Positions 1 through 12,700 of a DNA stretch of 64,000 nt are shown here, one piece after another (the stretch's first letter is position 1; every line of letters begins with the position of its first letter). The translations under genes were made by a program, and so were the position numbers. The stretch is from Anthoceros angustus. Taxonomy: Eukaryota; Plantae; Anthocerotophyta. Under the pieces are notes generated by a model. It made no database searches, was not told where the DNA came from, and saw only the letters and a list, made by a program, of their open reading frames with translations. The stretch spans positions 806,001 through 870,000 of the forward strand of contig MU008164.1 in NCBI GenBank assembly GCA_010909165.1. The letters run 5' to 3'.

Positions 1-1113
1 TTCCTTATTAGTACATGTTTATTGCTCACGGTTCAAACTGGTGTTCAAGATGTGAATTATGCTTTATGTCACCATGTTGTGGAGTCTTGGGCGCAACGAG
101 AGCATCTAAAGATGACTGAAGTTTTCGAACAGCCTCAAGAGTCTTTCAAGATGAAGGACTTGCTATTCTTCCTGCATATTCCTCGTACTGGCGGTCGTAC
201 TTATGCACAATGTGCACTGCGATATTTTTTCACAAGAAAAGAGATATGTCCAAATTCCTACGACACGTGGCGTTTTGATGTTGATAAACCCAGTTGCAAG
301 GTGATATCTACGCATGATGATTACAGTATCACTACAAGATTACCTCAAGGACGGACTTCGGTTATTGTGAATATGCGGGATCCGCTTCAGAGAGTGCTCA
401 GTGCATATGAATTTGCTATTGAAGTTGGTGGACGGAATGCTGATTTGCCATTGCAAACAGGACGGGAACAACAAAGTGGAATTGCATCGACAAATGTGCA
501 CAAGGATAATTCTACCACGAAGCACCTATAATGTGTGGCCTTGGAAGTATTTGGCTCCTTTTTCGTGAAGATATACGCAATGTGAAGCATCTCTCATGAC
601 GCTGAAAAAGGTTTGGATGTAAATGAGCTTGTTGAGAGATCTATTCTAGAAAGTGTATCAAATGATGAGCATGCAAAACCTATTGGTAGTCCTTATGATA
701 TGCCAGACATTGTTATGCCTCTTGATGAGTTTTTAAGGCACCCAATAGCTATGGAGCTTATACACAATGGTGCTACGTTTCAAGTAGCAGGGTTGTCCAA
801 TAATTCCATTACGGTAGTGGAAATCGCCATCAGCGTGCGAATTCACTTGGAAGCTGACGTTCTCTACGTGGCTAAGAGGAAGCTGGATCAAATGTTATTT
901 GTAGGCTTGACCGATCAACATGAAGATTCTTAAGGATGATTATGAAAATTATATCTCAAAACATGTTATCAAGTCAAGAACTGGGGAAAATGATCAAAAC
1001 TTGTTAAAGAATGATTCTGCCTACAAACAATTATGTTGGAGTGCACGTCGAGGAATCAATGGAAAAGTATAAGAAGTGTTTGAAGAATTTGAGATCTACA
1101 CATGATCAACGTG
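1..1113 (+). pseudogene. Truncated tandem duplicate of the tyrosylprotein sulfotransferase gene (5' end outside window, 3' truncated)
   Basis: Positions 1-~1113 are a near-identical copy of ~1385-2516. The copy diverges after 'gatcaacgtg' and carries its own indels (ORF fragments 22..531, 613..933, 1011..1199). Confidence 0.8.
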
Positions 1114-1347
1114 TCATATTATTAGTTCATCGAGATCCAAGGTGTTTTCTCCTATATATGTATGTAATCACTGAATTAAATAGGAAGTGCAAAGAGTAAT
1201 TAGAGAGCAAAGGATATTTTATGTTAGATATTGGCAATTTTTCTATTACTAATTCCTCGAGATCCAAGGTGTTTTTCTTTTATGTATGTGATCACTTTGG
1301 ATGGACACTAGTCATAGAGTTCTTGTGTTATATGAAGTGGTGACATT

Positions 1348-2881
1348 ATGAAGTATAGAAATTGGTTTCTCCTTCATGTATTCTTCCTTATTAGTACATG
1401 TTTATTGCTCACGGTTCAAACTGGTGTTCAAGATGTGAATTATGCTTTATGTCACCATGTTGTGGAGTCTTGGGCGCAACGAGAGCATCTAAAGATGACT
1501 GAAGTTTTCGAACAGCCTCAAGAGTCTTTCAAGATGAAGGACTTGCTATTCTTCCTGCATATTCCTCGTACTGGCGGTCGTACTTATGCACAATGTGCCT
1601 TTGCGATATTTTTCACAAGAAAGAGATATGTCCAAATTCCTACGACACGTGGCGTTTGATGTTGATAAACCCGGTTGCAAGGTGATATCTACGCATGATG
1701 ATTACAGTATCACTACAAGATTACCTCAAGGACGGACTTCGGTTATTGTGAATATGCGGGATCCGCTTCAGAGAGTGCTCAGTGCATATGAATTTGCTAT
1801 TGAAGTTGGTGGACGGAATGCTGATTTGCCATTGCAAACAGGACGGGAACAACAAAGTGGAATTGCATCAGCAAATGTGCACAAGGATAATTCTACTACA
1901 GTAAGCACCTATAATGTGTGGCCTTGGAAGTATTTGGCTCCTTTTTTTCAGGAAGATATACGCAACAGGAAAGCTGTCTCTCATGACGCTGAAAAAGGTT
2001 TGGATGTAAATGAGCTTGTTGAGAGATCTATTCTAGAAAGTGTATCAAATGATGAGCATGCAAAACCTATTGGTAGTCCTTATGATATGCCAGACATTGT
2101 TATGCCTCTTGATGAGTTTTTAAGGCACCCAATAGCTATGGAGCTTATACACAATGGTGCTACGTTTCAAGTAGCAGGGTTGTCCAATAATTCCATTACG
2201 GGTAGTGCTGGAAATCTTCGCCATTGTGTGCAGCAATACAGTTCACTTGGAAACAGCGTTCTCTCTGTGGCTAAGAGGAAGCTGGATCAAATGTTATTTG
2301 TAGGCTTGACTGATCAACATGAAGATTCTGCAAGGATGATTATGAAAATTATATCTCAAAACATGTTATCAAGTCAAGAACTGGGGGAAAATGATCAAAA
2401 CTTGTTAAAGAATGATTCTGCGCCTACAAACAATTATGTTGGAGTGCACGTCGAGGAATCAATGGAAAAGTATAAGAAGTGTTTGAAGAATTTGAGATCT
2501 ACACATGATCAACGTGTTCAATATGATCTTGAAAAGGTCTCCTTGAACTTTTCAAAAGAGCATAGGAGTGAGTTATCACCCTCTATAGTCCAAGATATTT
2601 TGAAGCTGAATGCATTGGATGTTGAATTGTATAACCATGCCAAAGTGATATTCGAGAGACAACAAATGTTGTTGTTTCCAAAAATGGACATTGAACAGGA
2701 GTCTGAGCAAGTACACGGGTGGTCATCCAAGTTATCAACAAGTGTTTTGACACTTTGTTTACCTATCATCTTGCCACTTATATGTGTTGTCTATATGCTC
2801 ATAGTACAAGTGAAACGGACATACTTTAGGCAGCAAAATCATATTATGATTTTACCAAACTATCACACTAGAAAAACTTAG
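1348..2881 (+). CDS. TPST: Plant tyrosylprotein sulfotransferase, intronless, with one apparent frameshift near 1600-1660
   Basis: N-terminal hydrophobic signal (MKYRNWFLLHVFFLISTCLLL), 5'-PSB-type motif FFLHIPRTGGRTY, THDDYS, 3'-PB-type motif MRDPLQRVLSAYEF, HNGATFQVAGL and a C-terminal TM helix (VLTLCLPIILPLICVVYMLIV). ORFs 1348..1659 and 1586..2881 join, and the upstream copy reads in frame across the break. Confidence 0.85.
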
Positions 2882-3670
2882 TACTAAATAATTTGTGCGT
2901 TCAATCTCATGTTTTTATTTGATCTCACGTACCTTTCTTTGAGTTCAATTCAATATCCATCTTTGTATGCGTTGATCACTGTGCCTAAGGATGGACCCAA
3001 TTGATGTATCCATAGATAGGTCTAATTAATGTCGTCATGAGATGGAACATTCCAAAACTCTTTGTTGAACGATTGAAGAGTCCAAGTATCTTAGATGTCT
3101 GTCTACTGGTTGGGCTCTCCCTATCATCTCCTCCTCTCAATAAAGAACATCCTTTGTGATGAGTCTTTGAAGATGTATATCTTTAATAAAATAATTAATT
3201 TTAATCTCTTAACTTTTTATGAAAAGAAAACCGTCCCTATAGCATACGGCCTAAGTAATGTGTGACAGTGTAAGGGGCAAACTCATCACTGCCCAATTGT
3301 ACATATTGCAGGCCGCGTCCATCTCGAAGAAAGGGAGGTTGGTAACCGTGAATCTTTGAACACATCGTTCATCGTTCATCTTTATCTTTCATCGGATGCT
3401 GAAGCTCCCATAATTGCTGAAGCTGCGGTGAACGTGATAACCGTGGTTAACACTATGTAGCGGGCACGGGCAAAGCCATCTCGTGCGAGCTTTTGAGCTG
3501 ACCACAAGCTGTGAAGGCGACTAGTCTACCAAGGCAGGCCGGCCGGCCGCAGAAGCCTTTCTGTTCCTCAGCTGGAAGGCCGCATTTGGGCGCTCCTGCA
3601 GGCAGGATGGTGCGTCTTGGCAAGAAGCAGGCGATGGCGCCAGGCGTGTGAAGAAGGCGGGCGGCTGGGG

Positions 3671-5110
3671 ATGGCGCGGCGGCAGCAGCACGATGGCCGC
3701 AGGTGTCGCCCAATTCTGCTGGGCCTCCTGCTCGCCTTGGCCATGGCAGCCGCTGTGCAAGCTCATGGCTCCTTGTTCGATTCTCCTGCGCAAGGCCAAG
3801 GCTCGGGAGCCAGGGACCGGGCTGGTGCCGGGGCCGACGCCGATGCCGATGCCGATGCCGAGGCCGAATCCTGCTGCCGCGGTATCGCCCACCAGGAGCT
3901 CTGGGGCGAGGTGGTGCGGTCTGGCAGCGAATTGAAGCTCAATTCCAGCCTCGAGTGCTGCGCGGCTTGCAAGGCTCTGTGCCCGGAGACTGGGCTTTGT
4001 TCGTGCAATTCCTGGGTGCATTGCGGGGACCCCATCGGATGCGGGGACAAGTTTGGAGAGGCAATCCTCGCTTTGAACACCAGTGTTTGAAGGATTGGAG
4101 ATGGTGTTGTCTTGGTGCTGAGGTGGCGTGGCGTGGCGTGGCGTGTTCTGCAGTGCTGGCTGAAGAAGCAGCCTGATGTGATGGCACCCGAGGTGCATGC
4201 TGCTGGGAGGGAGAGCGTGTGGACGTCTGGGCTGGTGTATGGGCCCAAGAAGGTGCTTTTTCCTGTTGCAAGTCTTGGCAAGGCCTGGCCTGCGTCAGGC
4301 TGTGGAGGTGGGGTGGTTTTGGTGCTGATGTGGGCTTTGGTGCGGGTATTGGATGAAGGGGATCGTTGCACTGGAAACGACTCAAGGTGTGATACGCATC
4401 AAGGTGCGAAGTGTGATGTGTGATGGATTCTGTCATGTTCTTTTCCTCTTCTTGTGTGTGTAGCTAAATGTCTATCTCGCCTGGCTGACCGGGTCCTTGT
4501 TACAGCTCCGTCCAGACTGTTCACCCCGTTCTGTTCAGTACTTCCTGGAGCTTGTCACACTACGTCACTGCGCAGGCTGCCAGTTCTATCGTGCCGAGGG
4601 TCGTGGGGATGTCTGGGACCAAGCTGGAGACGTCACTACCAATGTATGGCCCTTGCTGGATGTTGTAACTATGTGTCACGCTATGCACATGGGCGTGGAC
4701 AGGACTTGGTACACCTCATCTCGTCCCTGTCTGGATACATGTTGGGACAGGGTTCGTCGACAGGAGGACCGCCGTATGCTCTGGTTCAAGGCACGTTGGC
4801 ACCTCAAGGTGTGAAGTTCAAGGAGATTCCCAAGGAGGGACGGCTGGTTGTGAAGAGGGGTATGGTGGGTTGGGTGGATGGTGGTCCGGATTTCTTCGTT
4901 AGTTTGGCTAACCACGATGAATGGGAGCCGAAGCACACCATTTTTGGCCATGTCCTGCCACAGGATATGAAACTTGTCGAAGGTTTGGCTAACTTGCCCA
5001 CTGTTGCGTCTTCCTGGAGCGGAGTCACAGTGGCTGTGCTACAAGAGCGCGTCAGAATTGTAAGGGTCGTAAGACCAAAGCACGGAGCTTTTTCTCATCA
5101 ATCGTTCTAG
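3671..5110 (+). CDS. Signal peptide + Cys-rich (PAN/apple-like) + cyclophilin-like domain protein, copy 1 (intact-looking)
   Basis: Manually spliced exons 3671-4060 (GC donor at 4061), 4154-4252, 4359-4403, 4506-~4640 and a last exon ending at TAG 5110. Translation: ...SCCRGIAHQELWGEVV...ECCAACK...CSCNSWVHC...GE|CWLKKQ...WTSGL...GIVALET...LRPDCSPRSV...FYRAE...GPPYALVQG...GGPDFFVSLANHDEW...TIFGHV. It resembles the plant family annotated as PPIase (At4g17070-like). Confidence 0.8.
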
Positions 5111-5192
5111 TTGATAACTCGTGCAACAATGTTCCTCTTCCATTCTATCAAAATTGGGGTGAAAAACCACCCTGTTGCACGAAAATCCAGAA

Positions 5193-5386
5193 CTACTTTG
5201 AGCCTCGGCCTCGGCCACGGCCGCGACTCCCTCGACCCCTGCTGCCTCCTCTCCCTCCGCCTCTCCCTCCGCCTCTGCCTCTGCCTCTGCCTCCACCTGG
5301 ACCACCGCCCCTTCTGTCCTCTTTCAGTCCCAGTGATTGAATCCCCTCTTCTTCCTACTTCCACTTTCAGTCACCAGCAAAGTGGC
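5193..5386 (-). pseudogene. Isolated copy of the NOL10 terminal RGG-tail exon fragment
   Basis: Matches 9754-~9950 (GRGRGRGGGRGGGRGGSRGRG...SK*). It ends at a junction with the promoter region of cyclophilin-like copy 2. Confidence 0.75.
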
Positions 5387-5465
5387 GCTCCTGCAGGCAG
5401 GATGGTGCGTCTTGGCAAGAAGCAGGCGATGGCGCCAGGCGTGTGAAGAAGGCGGGCGGCTGGGG

Positions 5466-6902
5466 ATGGCGCGGCGGCAGCAGCACGATGGCCGCAGGTG
5501 TCGCCCAATTCTGCTGGGCCTCCTGCTCGCCTTGGCCATGGCAGCCGCTGTACAAGCTCATGGCTCCTTGTTCGATTCTCCTGCGCAAGGCCAAGGCTCG
5601 GGAGCCAGGGACCGGGCTGGTGCCGGGGCCGACGCCGATGCCGATGCCGATGCCGAGGCCGAATCCTGCTGCCGCGGTATCGCCCACCAGGAGCTCTGGG
5701 GCGAGGTGGTGCGGTCTGGCAGCGAATTGAAGCTCAATTCCAGCCTCGAGTGCTGCGCGGCTTGCAAGGCTCTGTGCCCGGAGACTGGGCTTTGTTCGTG
5801 CAATTCCTGGGTGCATTGCGGGGACCCCATCGGATGCGGGGACAAGTTTGGAGAGGCAATCCTCGCTTTGAACACCAGTGTTTGAAGGATTGGAGATGGT
5901 GTTGTCTTGGTGCTGAGGTGGCGTGGCGTGGCGTGGCGTGTTCTGCAGTGCTGGCTGAAGAAGCAGCCTGATGTGATGGCACCTGAGGTGCATGCTGCTG
6001 GGAGGAGAGCGTGTGGACGTCTGGGCTGGTGTATGGGCCCAAGAAGGTGCTTTTCCTGTTGCAAGTCTTGGCAAGGCCTGGCCTGCGTCAGGCTGTGGAG
6101 GTGGGGTGGTTTTGGTGCTGATGTGGGCTTTGGTGCGGGTATTGGATGAAGGGATCGTTGCACTGGAAACGACTCAAGGTGTGATACGCATCAAGGTGCG
6201 AAGTGTGATGTGTGATGGATTCTGTCATGTTCTTTTCCTCTTCTTGTGTGTGTAGCTAAATGTCTATCTCGCCTGGCTGACCGGGTCCTTGTTACAGCTC
6301 CGTCCAGACTGTTCACCCCGTTCTGTTCAGTACTTCCTGGAGCTTGTCACACTACGTCACTGCGCAGGCTGCCAGTTCTATCGTGCCGAGGGTCGTGGGG
6401 ATGTCTGGGACCAAGCTGGAGACGTCACTACCAATGTATGGCCCTTGCTGGATGTTGTAACTATGTGTCACGCTATGCACATGGGCGTGGACAGGACTTG
6501 GTACTTACACCTCATCTCGTCCCTGTCTGGATACATGTTGGGACAGGGTTCGTCGACAGGAGGACCGCCGTATGCTCTGGTTCAAGGCACGTTGGCACCT
6601 CAAGGTGTGAAGTTCAAGGAGATTCCCAAGGAGGGACGGCTGGTTGTGAAGAGGTATGGTGGGTTGGGTGGATGGTGGTCCGGATTTCTTCGTTAGTTTG
6701 GCTAACCACGATGAATGGGAGCCGAAGCACACCATTTTTGGCCATGTCCTGCCACAGGATATGAAACTTGTCGAAGGTTTGGCTAACTTGCCCACTGTTG
6801 CGTCTTCCTGGAGCAGGTCACAGTGGCTGTGCTACAAGAGCGCGTCAGAATTGTAAGGGTCGTAAGACCAAAGCACGGAGCTTTTCTCATCAATCGTTCT
6901 AG
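5466..6902 (+). pseudogene. Cyclophilin-like gene, copy 2 (frameshifted)
   Basis: Near-identical to 3671-5110, with 1-nt indels in exon 2 (gggaggagagc) and in the last exon (aagaggtatgg; gagcaggtcac). Confidence 0.7.
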
Positions 6903-6983
6903 TTGATAACTCGTGCAACAATGTTCCTCTTCCATTCTATCAAAATTGGGGTGAAAACCACCCTGTTGCACGAAAATCCAGAA

Positions 6984-8208
6984 CTACTTTGAGCCTCGGC
7001 CTCGGCCACGGCCGCGACTCCCTCGACCCCTGCTGCCTCCTCTCCCTCCGCCTCTCCCTCCGCCTCTGCCTCTGCCTCTGCCTCCACCTGGACCACCGCC
7101 CTTCTGTCCTCTTTCAGTCCCAGTGATTGAATCCCCTCTTCTTCCTACTTCCACTTTCAGGTCACCAGCAAAGTGGCCATTCCTTGGTACAAAGGACACC
7201 TCTCGACTACCGCCATACCTGCCTGCATAAACTTTATCTCTGTGCTCCTTAGATGTCTCCCCACACCAGCTAACTGCTCACCAAGAGGTACATCTTGCAG
7301 TTGTACCAGGGATTGCTTGTTTCTGAAAGCCTGTGCGTGCACCTCATCCTTAGCCTCGTAGAATCTGTTACAGGCACTTGAATATCAGAACCAGCACAAT
7401 ACCTTCAGCTTGAAAAAGAATAATGGCAAGCTTATGGATTCAGACAAGGTCCAGGCTGGCACCTGGGCCCGCGGTCTTTGCTGATTTTCCCTTGCCGTGG
7501 GCTCTTCTGCATCGTCCTCAGATGAGCTCAAGCTGCTGCTGTTGGCTTCTTCACTTTCGTCTGTATCACTCTCATCGACAAGCTTCAAATGCTCATCCTC
7601 CAGAGACACCTTGTTACGTGGTGCATTTGGATGCAACACCTTGTACTCAGGAGCTTCCATGTCAACCTCAAAGTCCTGCAGAATAACGTACAATTTCCAT
7701 GTCTCAGATAGTCAGATAGGAGGATACCAGAAAATGAATAGCTGCTCCCTTTCGAGCAAGCTACACACCTCATCCTGGAACATCTGCAAAACGCTCATCC
7801 TCCAACAAGTCAGTTCCAGCTTTTCTTCTGAGACCCTCGTTTTTGTCATGGTCTTCCTCAGCACCACCCTCCTCGGCAAATTCTGCAGCCATGATGCGTG
7901 ATGCCCAAGCCTTGTTAACCTTCGGCAACCTCCTCTTAACCTGACCAAAGGTAACAGAAAGCCAATTAATGGTTGTTGCTCGAAAAGTCCAAAAGACCAA
8001 CAGGAAAACTCAGTAACCAAAAGCAAATGTGCCCCACCGTGATTCGCGCTGCACGCTCCGATTCCAACCTTGCCTGAATGAGCTGCTGTCTGTTGCGATC
8101 ATAAGCAAAAGGGTCTGCCATGGCTTTAACCTGTGACACAAACATAACTTTCCAAGATCATAAACAGTTGCAGGAGATCAAACTCAAAAGCACACACCAG
8201 TGCAACCA
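6984..8208 (-). pseudogene. Duplicated 3' portion of NOL10
   Basis: Near-identical to 9754-10995 (EDERF..MFQD, DFEVDMEAPEYKVLHPNAP, RGG tail) with small deletions. No 5' part of the gene is present. Confidence 0.75.
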
Positions 8209-8233
8209 GGCGTGTGAAGGCGGGCGGCTGGGG

Positions 8234-9671
8234 ATGGCGCGGCGGCAGCAGCACGATGGCCGCAGGTGTCGCCCAATTCTGCTGGGCCTCCTGCTCGCCT
8301 TGGCCATGGCAGCCGCTGTGTACAAGCTCATGGCTCCCTTGTTCGATTCTCCTGCGCAAGGCCAAGGCTCGGGAGCCAGGGACCGGGCTGGTGCCGGGGC
8401 CGACGCCGATGCCGATGCCGATGCCGAGGCCGAATCCTGCTGCCGCGGTATCGCCCACCAGGAGCTCTGGGGCGAGGTGGTGCGGTCTGGCAGCGAATTG
8501 AAGCTCAATTCCAGCCTCGAGTGCTGCGCGGCTTGCAAGGCTCTGTGCCCGGAGACTGGGCTTTGTTCGTGCAATTCCTGGGTGCATTGCAGGGACCCCA
8601 TCGGATGCGGGGACAAGTTTGGAGAGGCAATCCTCGCTTTGAACACCAGTGTTTGAAGGATTGGAGATGGTGTTGTCTTGGTGCTGAGGTGGCGTGGCGT
8701 GGCGTGGCGTGTTCTGCAGTGCTGGCTGAAGAAGCAGCCTGATGTGATGGCACCTGAGGTGCATGCTGCTGGGAGGAGAGCGTGTGGACGTCTGGGCTGG
8801 TGTATGGGCCCAAGAAGGTGCTTTTCCTGTTGCAAGTCTTGGCAAGGCCTGGCCTGCGTCAGGCTGTGGAGGTGGGGTGGTTTTGGTGCTGATGTGGGCT
8901 TTGGTGCGGGTATTGGATGAAGGATCGTTGCACTGGAAACGACTCAAGGTGTGATACGCATCAAGGTGCGAAGTGTGATGTGTGATGGATTCTGTCATGT
9001 TCTTTTCCTCTTCTTGTGTGTAGCTAAATGTCTATCTCGCCTGGCTGACCGGGTCCTTGTTACAGCTCCGTCCAGACTGTTCACCCCGTTCTGTTCAGTA
9101 CTTCCTGGAGCTTGTCACACTACGTCACTGCGCAGGCTGCCAGTTCTATCGTGCCGAGGGTCGTGGGGATGTCTGGGACCAAGCTGGAGACGTCACTACC
9201 AATGTATGGCCCTTGCTGGATGTTGTAACTATGTGTCACGCTATGCACATGGGCGTGGACAGGACTTGGTACTTACACCTCATCTCGTCCCTGTCTGGAT
9301 ACATGTTGGGACAGGGTTCGTCGACAGGAGGACCGCCGTATGCTCTGGTTCAAGGCACGTTGGCACCTCAAGGTGTGAAGTTCAAGGAGATTCCCAAGGA
9401 GGGACGGCTGGTTGTGAAGAGGGTATGGTGGGTTGGGTGGATGGTGGTCCGGATTTCTTCGTTAGTTTGGCTAACCACGATGAATGGGAGCCGAAGCACA
9501 CCATTTTTGGCCATGTCCTGCCACAGGATATGAAACTTGTCGAAGGTTTGGCTAACTTGCCCACTGTTGCGTCTTCCTGGAGCAGGTCACAGTGGCTGTG
9601 CTACAAGAGCGCGTCAGAATTGTAAGGGTCGTAAGACCAAAGCACGGAGCTTTTCTCATCAATCGTTCTAG
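8234..9671 (+). pseudogene. Cyclophilin-like gene, copy 3 (frameshifted)
   Basis: Near-identical to copies 1 and 2. It has compensating indels near 8320-8340 and shares the exon-2 and last-exon indels of copy 2. Confidence 0.7.
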
Positions 9672-9753
9672 TTGATAACTCGTGCAACAATGTTCCTCTT
9701 CCATTCTATCAAAATTGGGGTGAAAAACCACCCTGTTGCACGAAAATCCAGAA

Positions 9754-12700
9754 CTACTTTGAGCCTCGGCCTCGGCCACGGCCGCGACTCCCTCGACCCC
9801 TGCTGCCTCCTCTCCCTCCGCCTCTCCCTCCGCCTCTGCCTCTGCCTCTGCCTCCACCTGGACCACCGCCCCTTCTGTCCTCTTTCAGTCCCAGTGATTG
9901 AATCCCCCTCTTCTTCCTACTTCCACTTTCGGAGTCACCAGCAAAGTGGCCATTCCTTGGTACAAAGGACACCTCTCGACTACCGCCATACCTGCCTGCA
10001 TAAACTTTATCTCTGTGCTCCTTAGATGTCTCCCCCACACCAGCTAACCGCTCACCAAGAGGTACATCTTGCAGTTGTACCAGGGATTGCTTGTTTCTGA
10101 AAGCCTGTGCGTGCACCTCATCCTTAGCCTCGTAGAATCTGTTACAGGCACTTGAATATCAGAACCAGCACAATACCTTCAGCTTGAAAAAGAATAATGG
10201 CAAGCTTATGGATTCAGACAAGGTCCAGGCTGGCACCTGGGCCCGCGGTCTTTTTTTGCTGATTTTCCCCTTGCCGTGGGCTCTTCTGCATCGTCCTCAG
10301 ATGAGCTCAAGCTGCTGCTGTTGGCTTCTTCACTTTCGTCTGTATCACTCTCATCGACAAGCTTCAAATGCTCATCCTCCAGAGACACCTTGTTACGTGG
10401 TGCATTTGGATGCAACACCTTGTACTCAGGAGCTTCCATGTCAACCTCAAAGTCCTGCAGAATAACGTACAATTTCCATGTCTCAGATAGTCAGATAGGA
10501 GGATACCAGAAAATGAATAGCTGCTCCCTTTCGAGCAAGCTACACACCTCATCCTGGAACATCTGCGCAAAACGCTCATCCTCCAACAAGTCAGTTCCAG
10601 CTTTTCTCTTCTTCTGAGACCCCTCGTTTTTGTCATGGTCTTCCTCAGCACCACCCTCCTCGGCAAATTCTGCAGCCATGATGCGTGATGCCCAAGCCTT
10701 GTTAACCTTCGGCAACCTCCTCTTAACCTGACCAAAGGTAACAGAAAGCCAATTAATGGTTGTTGCTCGAAAAGTCCAAAAGACCAACAGGAAAACTCAG
10801 TAACCAAAAGCAAATGTGCCCCACCGTGATTCGCGCTGCACGCTCCGATTCCAACCTTGCCTGAATGAGCTGCTGTCTGTTGCGATCATAAGCAAAAGGG
10901 TCTGCCATGGCTTTAACCTGTGACACAAACATAACTTTCCAAGATCATAAACAGTTGCAGGAGATCAAACTCAAAAGCACACACCAGTGCAACCAACCAA
11001 ATTTCACAGTGTGCTAAAAGAACCACTTAGACCTTCTCATATAGGCGATAGTTCATGAAATACCCATGCATGTAGGCATGGAGATCAGGCGTGCCAATCA
11101 GGTTTGACACATTATGGCGCTCTAGCCATTCTTTTGTTACAAACTTGAAGTCTTCATAAATACTTGTTTGTCCAGTCTCATCAAGCTCCTCCTGTTTACA
11201 AAAAGGCATAGCCATTGTAAAATAAGCTTTACTGGTTCCAGAACATGAGAATGCTTGACACTGAAGAATCACACTCTGCTCTGCACCCCAAAGAATTGAG
11301 GCACATATATACCGTAAGGTTTTCCAAAAACGAGCACCATTTAGGAGCAGGACCAAGAGCTGGCATGAAGTATGTTGCTACTTGTGGGGAATCCAGAGCC
11401 ATAAAGAGAAGCCCAGTCTCTGGTAGCAAGCACACATCATTGATATCTCCAGTTGGTGGTTCAATGCTGGTAATGCCATAGCCCTGCCAAATAAACCTAA
11501 TCACAATCACTCTCATTTTCAATGTCAGAAAAAAAAGTGCAGAAAAAGGAGATACTAACAGTTTTAGAGTCCCAAATTCTGACAACTCTGCTATCAGTTG
11601 TGACCAGAAGTCGTGACGTCGTGTTCACGCTCTCATGCCACTTTATATCTGTAATGGGACTACCATACCTACAAAGGTACACAATCGATCAGAAACAGGT
11701 ATGACAATTGAACTTCAAAGGATCTCCCTGCTTAGAGAGAATGAGCACCAAACTCAAGCCTGCACATGATCCCCGGATACCCAGCCAGGAAGGAACGTGA
11801 ACTGATCTGAGTGTGCTCAACTATGAGAAAGCAAAGGAATGAGTGCAGGACAAACATGTGGTCTTTGGTCAGAAGTGGCTTCGATGATCGCAAATCGTAC
11901 AACAGAACCTGCCAAGACAGTGATCCAGCAGACTTGTTACCACAACTTTACATACCCAGCAATGTCACAAGTTACTGAGCAAATTACAAGGCATACATGA
12001 CAATTACCCACCCAGCAATATTACAAGTTACAGAGCAAATTGCAAAGTCACAGATGACAACTGGCCTTATAAAAAGTCACCAAACACCTACCTGACTGTT
12101 GCTCGTTCCCACAGCAACAAGCATTCCCTCAGCTTCATCAAAACTTAGAGCTGTTACTGCCTGACAAGAAGAAAACGAACACGTCATGACTCAAACAGCG
12201 GCAAAAAAAAATACTCAAGGAGAACTCCTGGTAGAAACTAACATGCTTCATACATGTGCGCTCCCAAACATGCACTGACCTGATCAGCATGACCGGTTGG
12301 TCCGATAGCGTCTAGGCGACCAACAGAAGCTTTCTGCCTCAGATCAAAGCATTCAAGAGCTCCATCATCCCCACCACAGCCAATGAGCCCATGAACTGAG
12401 CTGCCCATCAAATAACGGCACAAAAATTTCAGACCTTTAGACAAATGCCCGCTACACAGCGCTGAATCAAGGTAACAGCCATGGGATGAAGCCTACCTCC
12501 GAGTGATAACATTAAGGCCAGGGGAACGAGTCACGAGAGGAGCCAAAAACCGACCCTGCACATGCGAGGGCCAACTACGTCCTCAAGCGGTTCTCATGGG
12601 TGGAACGCTACTTCGACTCAACAACACCCATAACACATACCTGCTCAAGATTCAGACGGTACACCTCTGGAGACGAAGCTGCCACCAGAAGGTCACAAGA

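Noticed and set aside
3453-4436. Many long overlapping ORFs around the cyclophilin-like exon 1 (and in copies 2 and 3)
   Set aside because: GC-rich shadow frames of a real exon with no recognisable domains.
5039-5305. EAEAEAEGEA-rich ORFs (also 6899-7096 and 9552-9866)
   Set aside because: Alternative frame of the NOL10 RGG tail; not an independent gene.
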